This document shows, piece by piece, positions 53,239 to 63,700 of a stretch of 64,000 bases of DNA (position 1 is its first letter; each line of letters starts with the position of its first letter). The position numbers and the translations under genes were made by a program. The notes beneath the pieces were generated by a model, which saw only the letters and a program-made list of their open reading frames with translations, was not told the origin of the DNA and searched no databases. The stretch comes from an uncultured Mitsuokella sp. (GTDB lineage Bacteria > Bacillota > Negativicutes > Selenomonadales > Selenomonadaceae): the NCBI GenBank assembly GCA_945877355.1, contig CAMCRT010000002.1, forward strand, positions 3,084 through 67,083, read 5' to 3'.

Positions 53239-54138
53239 ATGGCGGAGAAGCGGAAGCTGAATTTGACGAATGATCTTGTGTTCAAGTATATTTTTGGGCA
53301 GGATGAGCGCAAGCGTGTCACGCTTGAATTTATCAATGATATGACGGGGCGTGCGGAAGAAAAGGCGTTTACGGATCTTGAGTTTCGGAATGTGGAGCTT
53401 TCCCCGCAGAAGCAGTCGGAGAAGCTGGGGCGACTGGATATCTTTGCAAAGCTGAATGACGGTACGCGGTCAGATATCGAGATGCAGGTGTTCAACTATC
53501 TGTTCTTCGAGCAGCGGACGCTTTTCTATTGGGCGCAGATGTATCTGCATTTCGATGCGTTGCGGGCTGGGCAGGGGTATGGTCGATTGAAGCCTGCTAT
53601 TGCCATCAATATACTGCGCCATGCGATCCTGCCTGGCGATGAGCTGCACGCCATGTATGGGCTGTACAATCCGAAGAATATGCACCGACTGACAGAGGAT
53701 CTTGAGTTGCATTTTCTGGAGCTTGCGAAGGTCAAGCGGAAGAGTGTGCGAGAGATGAGCCGTGTTGAACGTTGGTGCGCGATTCTCTTGGATAATCTTG
53801 ACGATGAGGAAAAGGAGGAATTGGCGATGATGAATGTGGCATACCGTGATGTATTTGAAGCAGCAGATCAATTTGCCCAATCGGATAAGGAATATCAGGA
53901 GTACCTTGCCCGCGAATCTGCCATCCTCGACTATAATACGAACTTTGTGGAAGGACAGCAGCTGGCAAAGGAAGAAGGGGAACGCCTAGGCAAGGCAAAA
54001 GGAGAAGCAATAGGTGCAGAACGTATGGCGAAGCTTGCCATAAATCTGCAACAAATGGGGCGTATGGATGAGCTTCCTACCGCAATGAAGGATGCAGCAC
54101 GGCGATCTGATCTTTATCGGGAATTTGGCATTGAGTGA
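53239..54138 (+). CDS. Rpn-family recombination-promoting nuclease / PD-(D/E)XK putative transposase
   Basis: The N-terminal LTNDLVFKYIFG...RLDIFAKLNDGTRSDIEMQV is the characteristic PD-(D/E)XK core of the Rpn/YhgA-like family. The C-terminal region is helical. Confidence 0.8.
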   Translation: MAEKRKLNLTNDLVFKYIFGQDERKRVTLEFINDMTGRAEEKAFTDLEFRNVELSPQKQSEKLGRLDIFAKLNDGTRSDIEMQVFNYLFFEQRTLFYWAQMYLHFDALRAGQGYGRLKPAIAINILRHAILPGDELHAMYGLYNPKNMHRLTEDLELHFLELAKVKRKSVREMSRVERWCAILLDNLDDEEKEELAMMNVAYRDVFEAADQFAQSDKEYQEYLARESAILDYNTNFVEGQQLAKEEGERLGKAKGEAIGAERMAKLAINLQQMGRMDELPTAMKDAARRSDLYREFGIE

Positions 54139-54153
54139 CATAGTTGATAAATG

Positions 54154-54181
54154 AAAGGCGACTTTTGAAGGTCGCCTTTTT
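54154..54181 (+). terminator. Rho-independent terminator after the Rpn-like gene
   Basis: Stem AAAGGCGAC/GTCGCCTTT with an 8-nt loop and a T-run. Confidence 0.75.
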
Positions 54182-54281
54182 AGTTGAATCTTATTGCCTT
54201 CGCCCTTTCGGCCTCTTCATCGATCTGCCCATCAGGTCATCGGGATTGAGGGGGCGAAGTATGAGTAAAAAAGGTTTTCCC

Positions 54282-54310
54282 TTGCTCTAACACTGTACAT
54301 TGTTTATAAT
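54282..54310 (+). promoter_or_regulatory. Sigma-70-type promoter upstream of lon
   Basis: TTGCTC (54282-54287), a 17-nt spacer, then TATAAT (54305-54310). Confidence 0.5.
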
Positions 54311-54370
54311 GGATAGGATTGTACATTCTACCCAATTTTCAATTTTGCTAGTCCTTTCGGGAGGAAATAA

Positions 54371-56686
54371 ATGGAAGAGCTTAGGACATTGCCCTTTGTG
54401 CCGCTTCGCGGCATGATGGTGTTTCCCTATATGATCATGCATATCGATGTGGGCCGGGAGCGCTCGAAGGAGGCACTGGAGCAGGCCATGGTGAAGGACC
54501 GGGAGCTGGTGGTGGCGGCCCAGAAGGACCCGGAGCAGGATGACCCGGCACCCGGGGATCTCTATGAGGTGGGCACCCTTGTGGAGATCAAGCAGATCCT
54601 GAAGCTGCCGGATGGCACGGAGCGGGTCCTCATCGAGGGACTTCGGCGGGCTAGCATCGAGTCTTTCCATGCCACGGAGGCCTATGATGAGGTGGAGGCT
54701 GTCGTCCATACGGATGAAATCGATACATCCATGGGCATGGAGGCCCTCATGCGGGCCGTCGTCCATGAGTTCGAGCAGTGGGTGCGGGCCTCTCGGAAGA
54801 TACCGCCGGAGACCCTCGTGTCCGTGACGCTCCTGGACGATGCGGGACGGCTGGCGGACCTCATCGCCGGTCACCTAAATCTGAAGCTGGAGGTGCGCCA
54901 GGAGATTCTCTCCTGCATTAATGTGCGGGCCCGCCTCGAGAAGCTCTACGAGGTGCTGGCCCGTGAGCTGGAGATGCTCCAGGTGGAGAAGAAAATCGGC
55001 GAGCGGGTCCGCAAGCAGATGGAGAAGGTCCAGAAGGACTTCTACCTGCGGGAGCAGATCAAGGCCATCCGCAAGGAGCTGGGGGAGGACAAGGGCGAGG
55101 AAATCGAGCGCTACCGGGAGAAGCTCAAGACGGGCAACTACCCGGAGGAAGCACTACAGGCCATCGAGCGGGAGATCCACCGTCTGGAGTCCATGAGCAG
55201 CATGAGCGCCGAGGTGGGCGTCATCCGCAACTACCTGGACTGCCTCATGGAGCTCCCCTGGAACACCATGACGGAGGATACCATCGACATCGCCAAGGCG
55301 AAGAAGATACTGGATCATGACCACTATGGCCTGACGAAGGTAAAGGACCGCATCCTCGACTACCTGGCTGTCCATCAGCTGGCGACGGACAGGAGCGCCC
55401 CCATCCTCTGCCTCGTGGGTCCTCCCGGCGTGGGAAAGACGTCTCTTGCCACCTCCGTGGCGCGGGCCATGGGCCGGAAATTCGTCCGGGCTTCCCTCGG
55501 CGGCATCCGGGACGAGGCGGAGATCCGCGGCCATCGCCGCACCTACGTGGGGGCCATGCCCGGCCGCATCATCGACGGACTGCGCTCCGTGGGGGTGAAG
55601 AATCCCGTATTCCTGCTGGACGAGGTGGACAAGCTCGCCACGGAGTATGCAGGCGACCCTTCCTCGGCACTTCTCGAGGTGCTGGACCCAGCCCAGAACT
55701 CCACCTTCAAGGATCACTTTGTGGATCTGCCCTTTGACCTGTCGAAGGTCTTCTGGATCGTGACGGCGAACAATCTGGGAAATATCCCCCGGCCCCTCAG
55801 GGATCGCATGGAGATCATCACCCTCGCCAGCTACACATCCTTTGAGAAGCTCCAGATCGCCAAGGAGTACCTCGTACCTCGCCAGCGCACGAAGAACGGG
55901 CTCAAGGCAAAGGATATCAGCCTCGGCGCCGGCGTCATTGAGAAGACCATCCAGGAGTATACCCGGGAGTCCGGCGTGCGGGAGCTGGAGCGCACCATCG
56001 GCCGCATCTGCCGCAAGGCTGCCCGGAAGATCGTGGAGGGGGATACGCCGCCCATCAAGGTGACGAAGAAGAACCTGACGGATTTCCTCGACCGGCCGAA
56101 GTTCCTGGAGACGAAGGCGGAGAAGAAGCCCCAGGTGGGCGTGGTGACGGGCATGGCCTGGACAGAAGTCGGGGGCGATATCCTGCCCACGGAGGTCACG
56201 GTGCTCCCGGGCAAGGGGAAGCTCATCCTCACGGGCCAGCTGGGGGATGTGATGCAGGAGTCGGCCCAGGCAGGCCTCTCCTATATCCGCAGCAGGGCGG
56301 AGAAGCTGGGCCTTGATTCCGACTTCTACGAAAAGGACGATATCCACATCCACCTGCCGGAAGGGGCCGTGCCGAAGGATGGCCCCTCGGCGGGCATCAC
56401 CATGGCGACGGCCATGATCTCCGCCCTCACGGGTCGCAAGGTCCGTAGCGACGTGGCCATGACGGGGGAGATTACCCTCCGGGGCAACGTACTCCCCATC
56501 GGCGGCCTGAAGGAGAAGGTGCTGGCCGCCTTCCGGGAGGGGATGAAGACCATCATCCTGCCGAAGGAGAATGAACGGGATATCGAGGATATCCCCGAGG
56601 AGGTCCGGGAGAAGCTGGAGTTCGTCCCCGTCAGTCACATGGACGAGGTGCTGAAGACGGCACTCCTGCCGGGAGGGAAGAAGTGA
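54371..56686 (+). CDS. lon: ATP-dependent protease Lon (LonA)
   Basis: 771 aa with a LON N-domain, AAA+ Walker [10 protein letters not shown], and a protease domain with the catalytic-Ser motif [14 protein letters not shown]. Confidence 0.95.
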   Translation: MEELRTLPFVPLRGMMVFPYMIMHIDVGRERSKEALEQAMVKDRELVVAAQKDPEQDDPAPGDLYEVGTLVEIKQILKLPDGTERVLIEGLRRASIESFHATEAYDEVEAVVHTDEIDTSMGMEALMRAVVHEFEQWVRASRKIPPETLVSVTLLDDAGRLADLIAGHLNLKLEVRQEILSCINVRARLEKLYEVLARELEMLQVEKKIGERVRKQMEKVQKDFYLREQIKAIRKELGEDKGEEIERYREKLKTGNYPEEALQAIEREIHRLESMSSMSAEVGVIRNYLDCLMELPWNTMTEDTIDIAKAKKILDHDHYGLTKVKDRILDYLAVHQLATDRSAPILCLVGPPGVGKTSLATSVARAMGRKFVRASLGGIRDEAEIRGHRRTYVGAMPGRIIDGLRSVGVKNPVFLLDEVDKLATEYAGDPSSALLEVLDPAQNSTFKDHFVDLPFDLSKVFWIVTANNLGNIPRPLRDRMEIITLASYTSFEKLQIAKEYLVPRQRTKNGLKAKDISLGAGVIEKTIQEYTRESGVRELERTIGRICRKAARKIVEGDTPPIKVTKKNLTDFLDRPKFLETKAEKKPQVGVVTGMAWTEVGGDILPTEVTVLPGKGKLILTGQLGDVMQESAQAGLSYIRSRAEKLGLDSDFYEKDDIHIHLPEGAVPKDGPSAGITMATAMISALTGRKVRSDVAMTGEITLRGNVLPIGGLKEKVLAAFREGMKTIILPKENERDIEDIPEEVREKLEFVPVSHMDEVLKTALLPGGKK

Positions 56687-57309
56687 TGGAAAAGGAACGG
56701 GTCGTCATCACCCAGGGCCGCTACGTGGCCTCCGCCGTCCGCCCCGACCAGTACCCGGAGAAGGAGCTGACGGAGATCGTCTTCATCGGCCGGTCGAACG
56801 TGGGCAAGTCCTCTCTCATCAACAGTCTGACCCGGGTGAAGAATCTCGCCCGGGTCTCCAGCCAGCCCGGCAAGACCCAGACCATCAATTTCTATGAGCT
56901 GGGGCTGAAGGTGGAGGGGGGCGAGCGGCAGGAGTTCTACCTGGTGGATCTCCCGGGCTACGGCTATGCCAGGACTGGCAAGGCAAATCGGAAGCTCTGG
57001 GCAAAGTTCATCGAGGAATATCTCCTCCACTCGCCGCGCCTTTCCTTCGTCTGCCAGCTCATCGATATCCGCCACGAGCCCATGGCCTCCGATGTGGAGA
57101 TGTTCCAGTGGCTTGTAAAGAATAATCTTCCGGTGCTCCTTATCGCCACGAAGGCGGACAAGGTGGGGAAGAACCAGCAGCAGAAGCAGATTGCCGCCAT
57201 AAAGCGGGCCGTCGGTGTCCCCGAGGTCTCCGTGCTGCCCTATTCCTCCTTAAAAAATGAAGGACGTTCATTTTTACTTGACGTAATAGCCGACGCTTTG
57301 GTAGAATAG
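56686..57309 (+). CDS. engB: Ribosome biogenesis GTPase EngB/YihA
   Basis: G1 GRSNVGKSS, G3 DLPGYGYA and G4 TKADK are present. The start is ATG 56686 or GTG 56683, overlapping the lon stop. Confidence 0.9.
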   Translation: MEKERVVITQGRYVASAVRPDQYPEKELTEIVFIGRSNVGKSSLINSLTRVKNLARVSSQPGKTQTINFYELGLKVEGGERQEFYLVDLPGYGYARTGKANRKLWAKFIEEYLLHSPRLSFVCQLIDIRHEPMASDVEMFQWLVKNNLPVLLIATKADKVGKNQQQKQIAAIKRAVGVPEVSVLPYSSLKNEGRSFLLDVIADALVE

Positions 57310-57411
57310 TAGAAAAAGTGAATCCCTTTCATATTTGAGAGCGATTCACGACTGTGTATTGTATCAAAGCGCGGGAGGCTTGCCCTCCCCGCATAGCAGG
57401 GAGGAAGCATC

Positions 57412-57870
57412 ATGCAAGCCTTGACAACGTTTGACAAAGCCTTGCTCAATCTTTTGCAAGGGAATCTTCCCGTTTGCAGCCGTCCCTTCCAGAAGCTGGC
57501 AGAGGAGCTCGGCACGGAGGAATCCGTCGTGCTGGAAAGGCTCAAGGCCCTGAAGGAAGAGGGCTATCTCAGGCGTATCGGCACATTCTTCAACTCCAGC
57601 CGCCTGGGCTACGAGGGGACCCTCGTGGCGCTTCGCGTGCGAGAGGATCGGGTGGAGCAGGTGGCGAAGGCCATCAACACTCTGGCAGGAGCCACCCACA
57701 ACTACGAGCGAGAGGGTGGGTATAACCTTTGGTTCACCCTTCTGACCCCCAGCAGCGAGGTGGAGAGTGCCATCCTTGCTAGGGTCCGGGCCCTCGATGG
57801 GGTGGAGTCCATGCTGAATCTCCGGGCGAACCGCAAGTATAAGATCAACGTCCAGTTCAAGCTGGCGTGA
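57412..57870 (+). CDS. Siroheme decarboxylase subunit (AhbA/NirD-NirL-like, AsnC-type fold)
   Basis: 152 aa. FDKALLNLLQGNLPVCSRPFQKLAEELG..EESVVLERLKALKEEGYLRRIG matches the Lrp/AsnC-like NirD/AhbA family. It is paired with a paralogue downstream. Confidence 0.7.
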   Translation: MQALTTFDKALLNLLQGNLPVCSRPFQKLAEELGTEESVVLERLKALKEEGYLRRIGTFFNSSRLGYEGTLVALRVREDRVEQVAKAINTLAGATHNYEREGGYNLWFTLLTPSSEVESAILARVRALDGVESMLNLRANRKYKINVQFKLA

Positions 57871-57881
57871 GGGTGCGGCCA

Positions 57882-58370
57882 ATGGAAAAATGTCAGGAAA
57901 TCGACGAGCTCGACCGCAAGATCGTCCGCGCCCTGCAGGGGGACTTCCCCCTGGTGGCAGAGCCCTATAAGGTGATGGCCGAGCAGTGCGGCATCTCGGA
58001 GGAGGAATTCCTCGCCCGGGTGGAGGTCATGCGGGCGGAGAAGAAGATCCGCAAGATGGGAGCCGTGCTGCGCCACCGGGAGGTGGGCTTCAAGGCCAAT
58101 GTCCTCGTGGCCTGGGAGGTGCCCGCAGAGCGCCTCGACGAGGTGGCCCGCCAGATGGCGGAGAGCCCCCACGTGTCCCACTGCTACGACCGCAATACGG
58201 CCCCGGACTGGCCCTATAACCTCTACACCATGGTCCACGGCACCAGCCGGGAGGACTGCGAAGAGATTGTAGAGGGACTCGCGGCAGAGACGGGCATCAC
58301 GAACCGGACGATGCTCTACACGAAGAAGGAATGGAAAAAGACGAGCATGCGCTACTTTACAGAGGCGTGA
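57882..58370 (+). CDS. Siroheme decarboxylase subunit (AhbB/NirH-NirG-like)
   Basis: LDRKIVRALQGDFPLVAEPYKVMAEQCGISEEEFLARVEVMRAEKKIRKMGA is the same family as the upstream gene. The tandem pair is the AhbA/AhbB heterodimer arrangement. Confidence 0.7.
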   Translation: MEKCQEIDELDRKIVRALQGDFPLVAEPYKVMAEQCGISEEEFLARVEVMRAEKKIRKMGAVLRHREVGFKANVLVAWEVPAERLDEVARQMAESPHVSHCYDRNTAPDWPYNLYTMVHGTSREDCEEIVEGLAAETGITNRTMLYTKKEWKKTSMRYFTEA

Positions 58371-58481
58371 GCTCGCGTTTTTGAAGCGAAGCTGCATGTT
58401 GCACCTTCGCTTTTTCTTTACACCTTTACATTCCCTCCGCTAAGTGGTATTCTTGTAAAAACGTTTTCAGTGAGGTGCAAT

Positions 58482-59666
58482 ATGGTCAATTCCAAAATGT
58501 ATGAGCTTGGTACACATAAGTCCACGATTCGCACGATCTTCGAATTTGGTCGCAAGCGTGCCGCCGAAATGGGGGAGGACAGTGTCTTTGACTTCAGCCT
58601 CGGCAACCCCAATGCGCCGACGCCGGACTTCATCCGGGATACGGCCATCGATATTCTGAAGAACGGCGTGCCCTCGGAGGTCCACGGCTACACGGTGGCC
58701 CCCGGCAAGCCCGAGGCCAGAGAGGCGGTGGCAAAGAGCATCAACAAGCGGTTCGCCACCCACTTCGCCGGGAAGAACATCTTCTTCACGGCCGGCGCCG
58801 CCGCTGCCATCACCATTTCCTTCAAGGCCCTCTGCGAGGAGGGGGACGAGTTCATCACCTTCGCTCCCTTCTTCCCGGAGTATCGCTGCTTCGTGGAGTC
58901 CGTGGGCGGAAAGCTCGTGGTGGTGCCCGCCCGCACCGCAGACTGGCAGATCGACTTCGATGCCTTCGAGCGGCTCCTCTCGCCCCGTACAAAGGGTGTC
59001 ATCGTCAACTCGCCGAACAACCCCAGCGGCGCCATTTACTCGGAGGAGACCATAAAGCGCCTCTCCGCCATCCTCTCCGTCAAGGAAAAGGAGTACGGCC
59101 ATCCCATCTTCATTATCTCCGATGAGCCCTATCGGGAGCTGGCCTACAATGGCTTCACCGTGCCCTACATACCGAAGTTCTACCACAATACACTCGTGTG
59201 CTACTCCTATAGCAAGTCCTTCTCCCTCGCCGGCGAGCGCATCGGCTACATCGTGGTGCCGGACGAGGTGACAGGCTTCGATGAGGTATTCGGTGCCATT
59301 GCAGGAGCCGCCCGGGTGCTGACCCACGTCAATGCGCCCTCCCTGTGGCAGCTCGTCATCGCTCGGACGGCAGAGCGTCCCTCGGACATCTCCGTCTACG
59401 TGAAGAACGGCAAGCTGCTCTACGACGGGCTGAAGGCAGCAGGCTTCACCTGCGTCCAGCCCCAGGGCGCCTTCTACCTTTTCCCGAAGGCACTGGAGGA
59501 GGACGACTACGCCTTCTGCGAGCGGGCGAAGAAGTACGGCCTCCTGCTGGTCCCCGGCACGGACTTCGGCTGCCCCGGCTACTTCCGGGCCGCCTACTGC
59601 ATCAAGACGGAGACCATCGAGCGGTCCCTTCCGCTCTTTCAGAAGCTGGCCGACGAATATCGCTGA
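58482..59666 (+). CDS. Pyridoxal-phosphate-dependent aminotransferase (class I, AspC-like)
   Basis: GNPNAPTP..., NSPNNPSG and YSYSKSFSLAGERIGY (PLP lysine) motifs are present. Confidence 0.88.
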   Translation: MVNSKMYELGTHKSTIRTIFEFGRKRAAEMGEDSVFDFSLGNPNAPTPDFIRDTAIDILKNGVPSEVHGYTVAPGKPEAREAVAKSINKRFATHFAGKNIFFTAGAAAAITISFKALCEEGDEFITFAPFFPEYRCFVESVGGKLVVVPARTADWQIDFDAFERLLSPRTKGVIVNSPNNPSGAIYSEETIKRLSAILSVKEKEYGHPIFIISDEPYRELAYNGFTVPYIPKFYHNTLVCYSYSKSFSLAGERIGYIVVPDEVTGFDEVFGAIAGAARVLTHVNAPSLWQLVIARTAERPSDISVYVKNGKLLYDGLKAAGFTCVQPQGAFYLFPKALEEDDYAFCERAKKYGLLLVPGTDFGCPGYFRAAYCIKTETIERSLPLFQKLADEYR

Positions 59667-59796
59667 TTTACGGAAAAACTGAGAGGCAGATCCTTCTGCC
59701 TCTTTTTTCTTTTGGGAAACGGTGGATTATAGCCGCAAGCTATGATAGAATGGGACAGATAGAATGAAGAAGAAAAAGATATGAGGTGTACAAGAA

Positions 59797-60699
59797 ATGG
59801 AGTTTCGTCAGCTCGAATACTTCTGTACCATCAGCGAGCTAGAGAATTTCACAAAGACGGCCCAGGTGCTCCACGTGTCCCAGCCCTCCGTCACGAAGGC
59901 CATCAAGGCGCTGGAGGCGGAGCTCTCCCTTACGCTCATCGACCGCAGCCAGAAGCACGTGTGCCTTACGGAGGAGGGGCGCGCCTTTCTCATCCATGCC
60001 CAGCGCATCATGAAGGAGCTGGAGGAGACCCGCCAGGATATGCTCCGGTTCCGTCGGGAGAGCCGGGGCACGATACATTTCGGCATCCCACCCATGGTGG
60101 AGGCCTATCTCTTTCCCGATCTTTTCGTGCGCTTTCGCGCCGCCTTCCCGGACATCAGCCTCGACGTGCAGGAGTACGCCGACTCCCAGGAGGTGCTGGA
60201 GCGGGCGGAGCTCTCCGAGCTGGACTTCGGCATCGTGTTGACGGAGCCAATGGGAAAGAGCGACCATTCTCTCCTCATCATGAAGGACCGCATGAGCCTC
60301 TGCATCGCGAAGAACCATCGCTATGCGGACCGAGACTCCCTTTCCTTCGAGGATCTGGCGGAGGAGAAATTCATCCTCCAGCATGCCAGGACCTACCAGT
60401 ACCGGGAGATCTTTGCCCGGGCGCGGCGGGCAGGCTTCACGCCGGAGGTGGTGCTCTCCACCTCCCAGCTCAAGACCATAAAGCAGCTGGTGGCGGACGG
60501 CATGGGCATATCTCTCCTGCCGGACTTCGTGACCCATGGGGAGAAAAGCTTCCTCCGGAAGGAGCTGGTGCCGCCAGCGGAGCTCGCCATCCAGCTCTCC
60601 TGGGGCTCCCATAAGATATTATCGTCCATCGACCGGCAGTTCGTGGAGTTCATGCGGTCGCTGGCAGCCACATCGGCCTTTAGAGGGCAAGGGGTGTAA
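59797..60699 (+). CDS. LysR-family transcriptional regulator
   Basis: MEFRQLEYFCTISELENFTKTAQVLHVSQPSVTKAIKALE is a LysR HTH, followed by a LysR substrate-binding domain. Confidence 0.88.
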   Translation: MEFRQLEYFCTISELENFTKTAQVLHVSQPSVTKAIKALEAELSLTLIDRSQKHVCLTEEGRAFLIHAQRIMKELEETRQDMLRFRRESRGTIHFGIPPMVEAYLFPDLFVRFRAAFPDISLDVQEYADSQEVLERAELSELDFGIVLTEPMGKSDHSLLIMKDRMSLCIAKNHRYADRDSLSFEDLAEEKFILQHARTYQYREIFARARRAGFTPEVVLSTSQLKTIKQLVADGMGISLLPDFVTHGEKSFLRKELVPPAELAIQLSWGSHKILSSIDRQFVEFMRSLAATSAFRGQGV

Positions 60700-60702
60700 A
60701 TC

Positions 60703-63700
60703 GTGCAGCTAAAACGCTTGGAGGCCTATGGCTTCAAGTCCTTTGCCGACCGGATCACCATAGAATTCGACAAGGGCATCACGGCCATCGTGGGGCCGAA
60801 CGGCAGCGGCAAGAGCAATATCACCGATGCCATCCGCTGGGTGCTGGGGGAGCAGAGCATCCGCAATCTTCGGGCGGCAAAGTCAGAGGATGTCATATTC
60901 ACGGGCTCTGCCACAAGGAAGCCCCTCGGGGTGGCGGAGGTATCCCTCTTCTTCGATAACGACGGGACGCTCCCCTTGGACTATCGCGAGGTAGTCGTCA
61001 CCCGCCGGCTCTATCGGAGCGGGGAGAGCGAGTTCTACATCAACCGCTCCCGCTGCCGGCTGAAGGATATCTACGACCTCTTCGCCGATACGGGCATCGG
61101 CCACGAGGGCATGAGCATCATCGGTCAGAATCGCATCGACGATATCCTGAACAGCCGCCCGGAGGAGCGCCGCGCCTTCTTCGAGGAGACGGCAGGCATC
61201 ACGAAGTACAAGGCCCGCAAGAAGGAGACCCTTCGGAAGCTCGCCGACACGGATGCCAACCTCGTCCGGGTGCAGGATATCATCCACGAGATAGGGAATC
61301 AGCTGGCGCCCCTGTCGGAGCAGGCGGAGAAGACCAGGACCTACAATGCGCTGGATGCAGAGTACAAGTCCCTGGGGCTCTCGGTGCTGGCCCACGACTA
61401 CAAGGAGACCCAGAAAAAGCAGCAGGAGAACGAAAACCGGCGCAAGGACGCGGGGGACAGGCTGCTCTCGGCAGAGGCGGGCATAGCGGCTCTCGAGGCA
61501 AAGCGGGAGACCCTCGCCAAGGCTCTCCTGGATGTGGAAGCAGCCATGGCGAAGCAGGCCCAAGAAAACGAGGCCATCCGCCTCCGGCTGGAGGAAGTGA
61601 ATCAGGAGCGCACCCGGCTCACGGAGCGCAAGACCCAGAGCGGTGCCACAAGGGAGCGCATCGATAGGCACCGGGAGGAGCTAAAAAAGACCCTGGCGGA
61701 AAACGCCTTGGACATCGCCCGGACGACAGAGCTTCTCGCAAAGCAGAAGGAAAAGCTCGCGTCCATGGAAAAGGCCCTCGCAGAGGAGAAGCAAAGGGCT
61801 GCGGACTTCGCCGCCCATATCGAAGAGCAGAAGGGCGCGGTGAAGGCTGCCCAGGAGGAGACGGGAGCCTCCCAGAGCACCCTGTCGGATCGGGAGCGGG
61901 AGCTGGCAGTGGCAGTACGGGATGTGGAGCAGAGCGAGAGCGGAAAGGAGTCCCATGAGGAGACAAGACGGGCTCTCGAGGAAAAGCTATCGGCGCTGAA
62001 GTCCCAGAGCGAAGCCCTCCAGCAGGAGCAGAGGGACTTGATGGAGCGGCACACCTCCCTTGAGGCCTCCCGCCAGGAGGCGGAGGAGAAAAGCCGCGCC
62101 GCGGAGAGGGCTCTGCGGGAATCCACGGAGCGCCTCCGGGAGCTGGACAAGGAGGAGAGCACCACCGCCAGCAAGCTCCAGTTTCTGACCCGTATGCAGG
62201 AGTCCTATGAGGGCTTCGGCCGGGCGGCAAAGGCCATCCTGACGGCAAAGGCCCCCTGGCGCAGGGGGCTTGTGGGAGCTGTGGCGGAGCTCATCCATGT
62301 GGATAAGGAATATGTGACGGCCATCGAGGTGGCCCTCGGCGGCAATATGCAAAACCTCGTCACGGAGGACACGGACACGGCGAAGGAGGCCATCGCCTTC
62401 CTGAAGCGGGAGAGGCTCGGGAGGGTCACGTTCCTGCCCCTCTCCACCCTCGTGGTGCGCCAGCCTCAGAAGCTTTCCTACGGCAGGTCGGACGGGGTCA
62501 TCGGCTGGGCCAGCGAGCTGGCTAAGGCGCGGGAGGGGACGGAGAAGGCCATCGCCTTCCTCCTCTCTCGGACCCTCGTGGTGGATACCTTGGACAATGC
62601 CCTGGCTTTGGCAAAGAGAGAGGGCTACCGCCTTCGCATCGTGACGCTCACGGGCGAGCTCCTGAACCCCGGCGGCTCCCTCTCCGGCGGCAGCCACCAG
62701 CGGAAGGAAGCGAGCTTCCTCGGCCGCAGCGAGGAGAAGGAAGCTTGTGCAAAGAGGCTCCAGGAGCTGCGGTCGGAGAAGGCTGCACTCCAGGAGACCG
62801 TGAAAAAGGCGGCAGAGGAGCGCCAGCGGCTTTCCACCGAGGCGCTGAGTATCCGACAGTCCCTCCAGCAGGTGGAGCTTCGGCGGGCAGAGATCCGGGC
62901 AAGCCTCGACCAGATCCAGAAGAACCAGAGGGAGCAGGAAAATACCATCGCTATGGCGGAGCGCATCCGGGAAAACTTGGCGAAGACCTACGCGGAGAAG
63001 AAAAATGCCCAGACCCGTGCCCAAAAGGCAAAGCGGGAGGCCGAGGAGGCCCTCGCCCGGGCCCTCAAAAAGGAGGAGGAACAGCGCTTCATCCTGGAGG
63101 ATCTGCAGCAGGACGAAGAGGAGCTCAAGGAGCTCCTGCAGGGCCGGGAGGTGGACTGCGCCGTCGTGCGGCAGGAAGTGGTGCACCACGGGGACGAGAT
63201 AAAGCTCTATGAACGGGAGAAAAAGCGCAATGAGGAGGCCCTGGCGGCAAATGTCCAGGAGGAGAAGGACCTCGTAGCCTTCCTGGCAGAAAGCGAGAAG
63301 CTCCTCACAGAGGCCGCCGAAAATGCAGAGCGCATCGATGGGGAGCTGGCTACCGGCAGGTCGGCCCATGAGGCCCTCTACAAGCAGCGCATGGAGGAGC
63401 TCGAGGCGCGGGACGCCCTCGAGACGGAGGCGAAGAAAGCCCGCGAGCAGCAGGGCCGCCTCCAGGAGGAGCTCCATCAGGTGGATATCGCCGCCACCCG
63501 CCTCGACATCGCCCTGGAGGAGCAGCAGGAGACCATGCTGCGGGACTACGGCCTGACGCCGGAGCGGGCTGTGGAGAATGCCACAGAGGAGGATGTGGAG
63601 TCGCTGCGCCGCAAGATGCGGGAGCAGAAGGAGAAGCTCGAGGCCCTGGGCCCCGTCAATCCCAATGCGGTGAAGGAATACGAGGAGCTCAATGAGCGCC

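Larger units (their letters stand above)
50587..54190. other. AT-rich islet around tRNA-Gly (candidate horizontally acquired region)
   Basis: An abrupt, visible drop in GC starts right after the acyltransferase stop and ends after the Rpn-like gene terminator. It contains two orphan genes, tRNA-Gly and an Rpn/PD-(D/E)XK gene. No integrase or flanking direct repeats were found by eye. Confidence 0.45.

Noticed and set aside
54195-54236. A tiny basic ORF on the minus strand (MGRSMKRPKGRRQ) inside a GC-rich patch flanked by the 8-bp inverted repeat CTTCGCCC/GGGCGAAG.
   Set aside because: It is too short and lacks an RBS. It may be a gene remnant at the islet boundary, but nothing supports a functional call.
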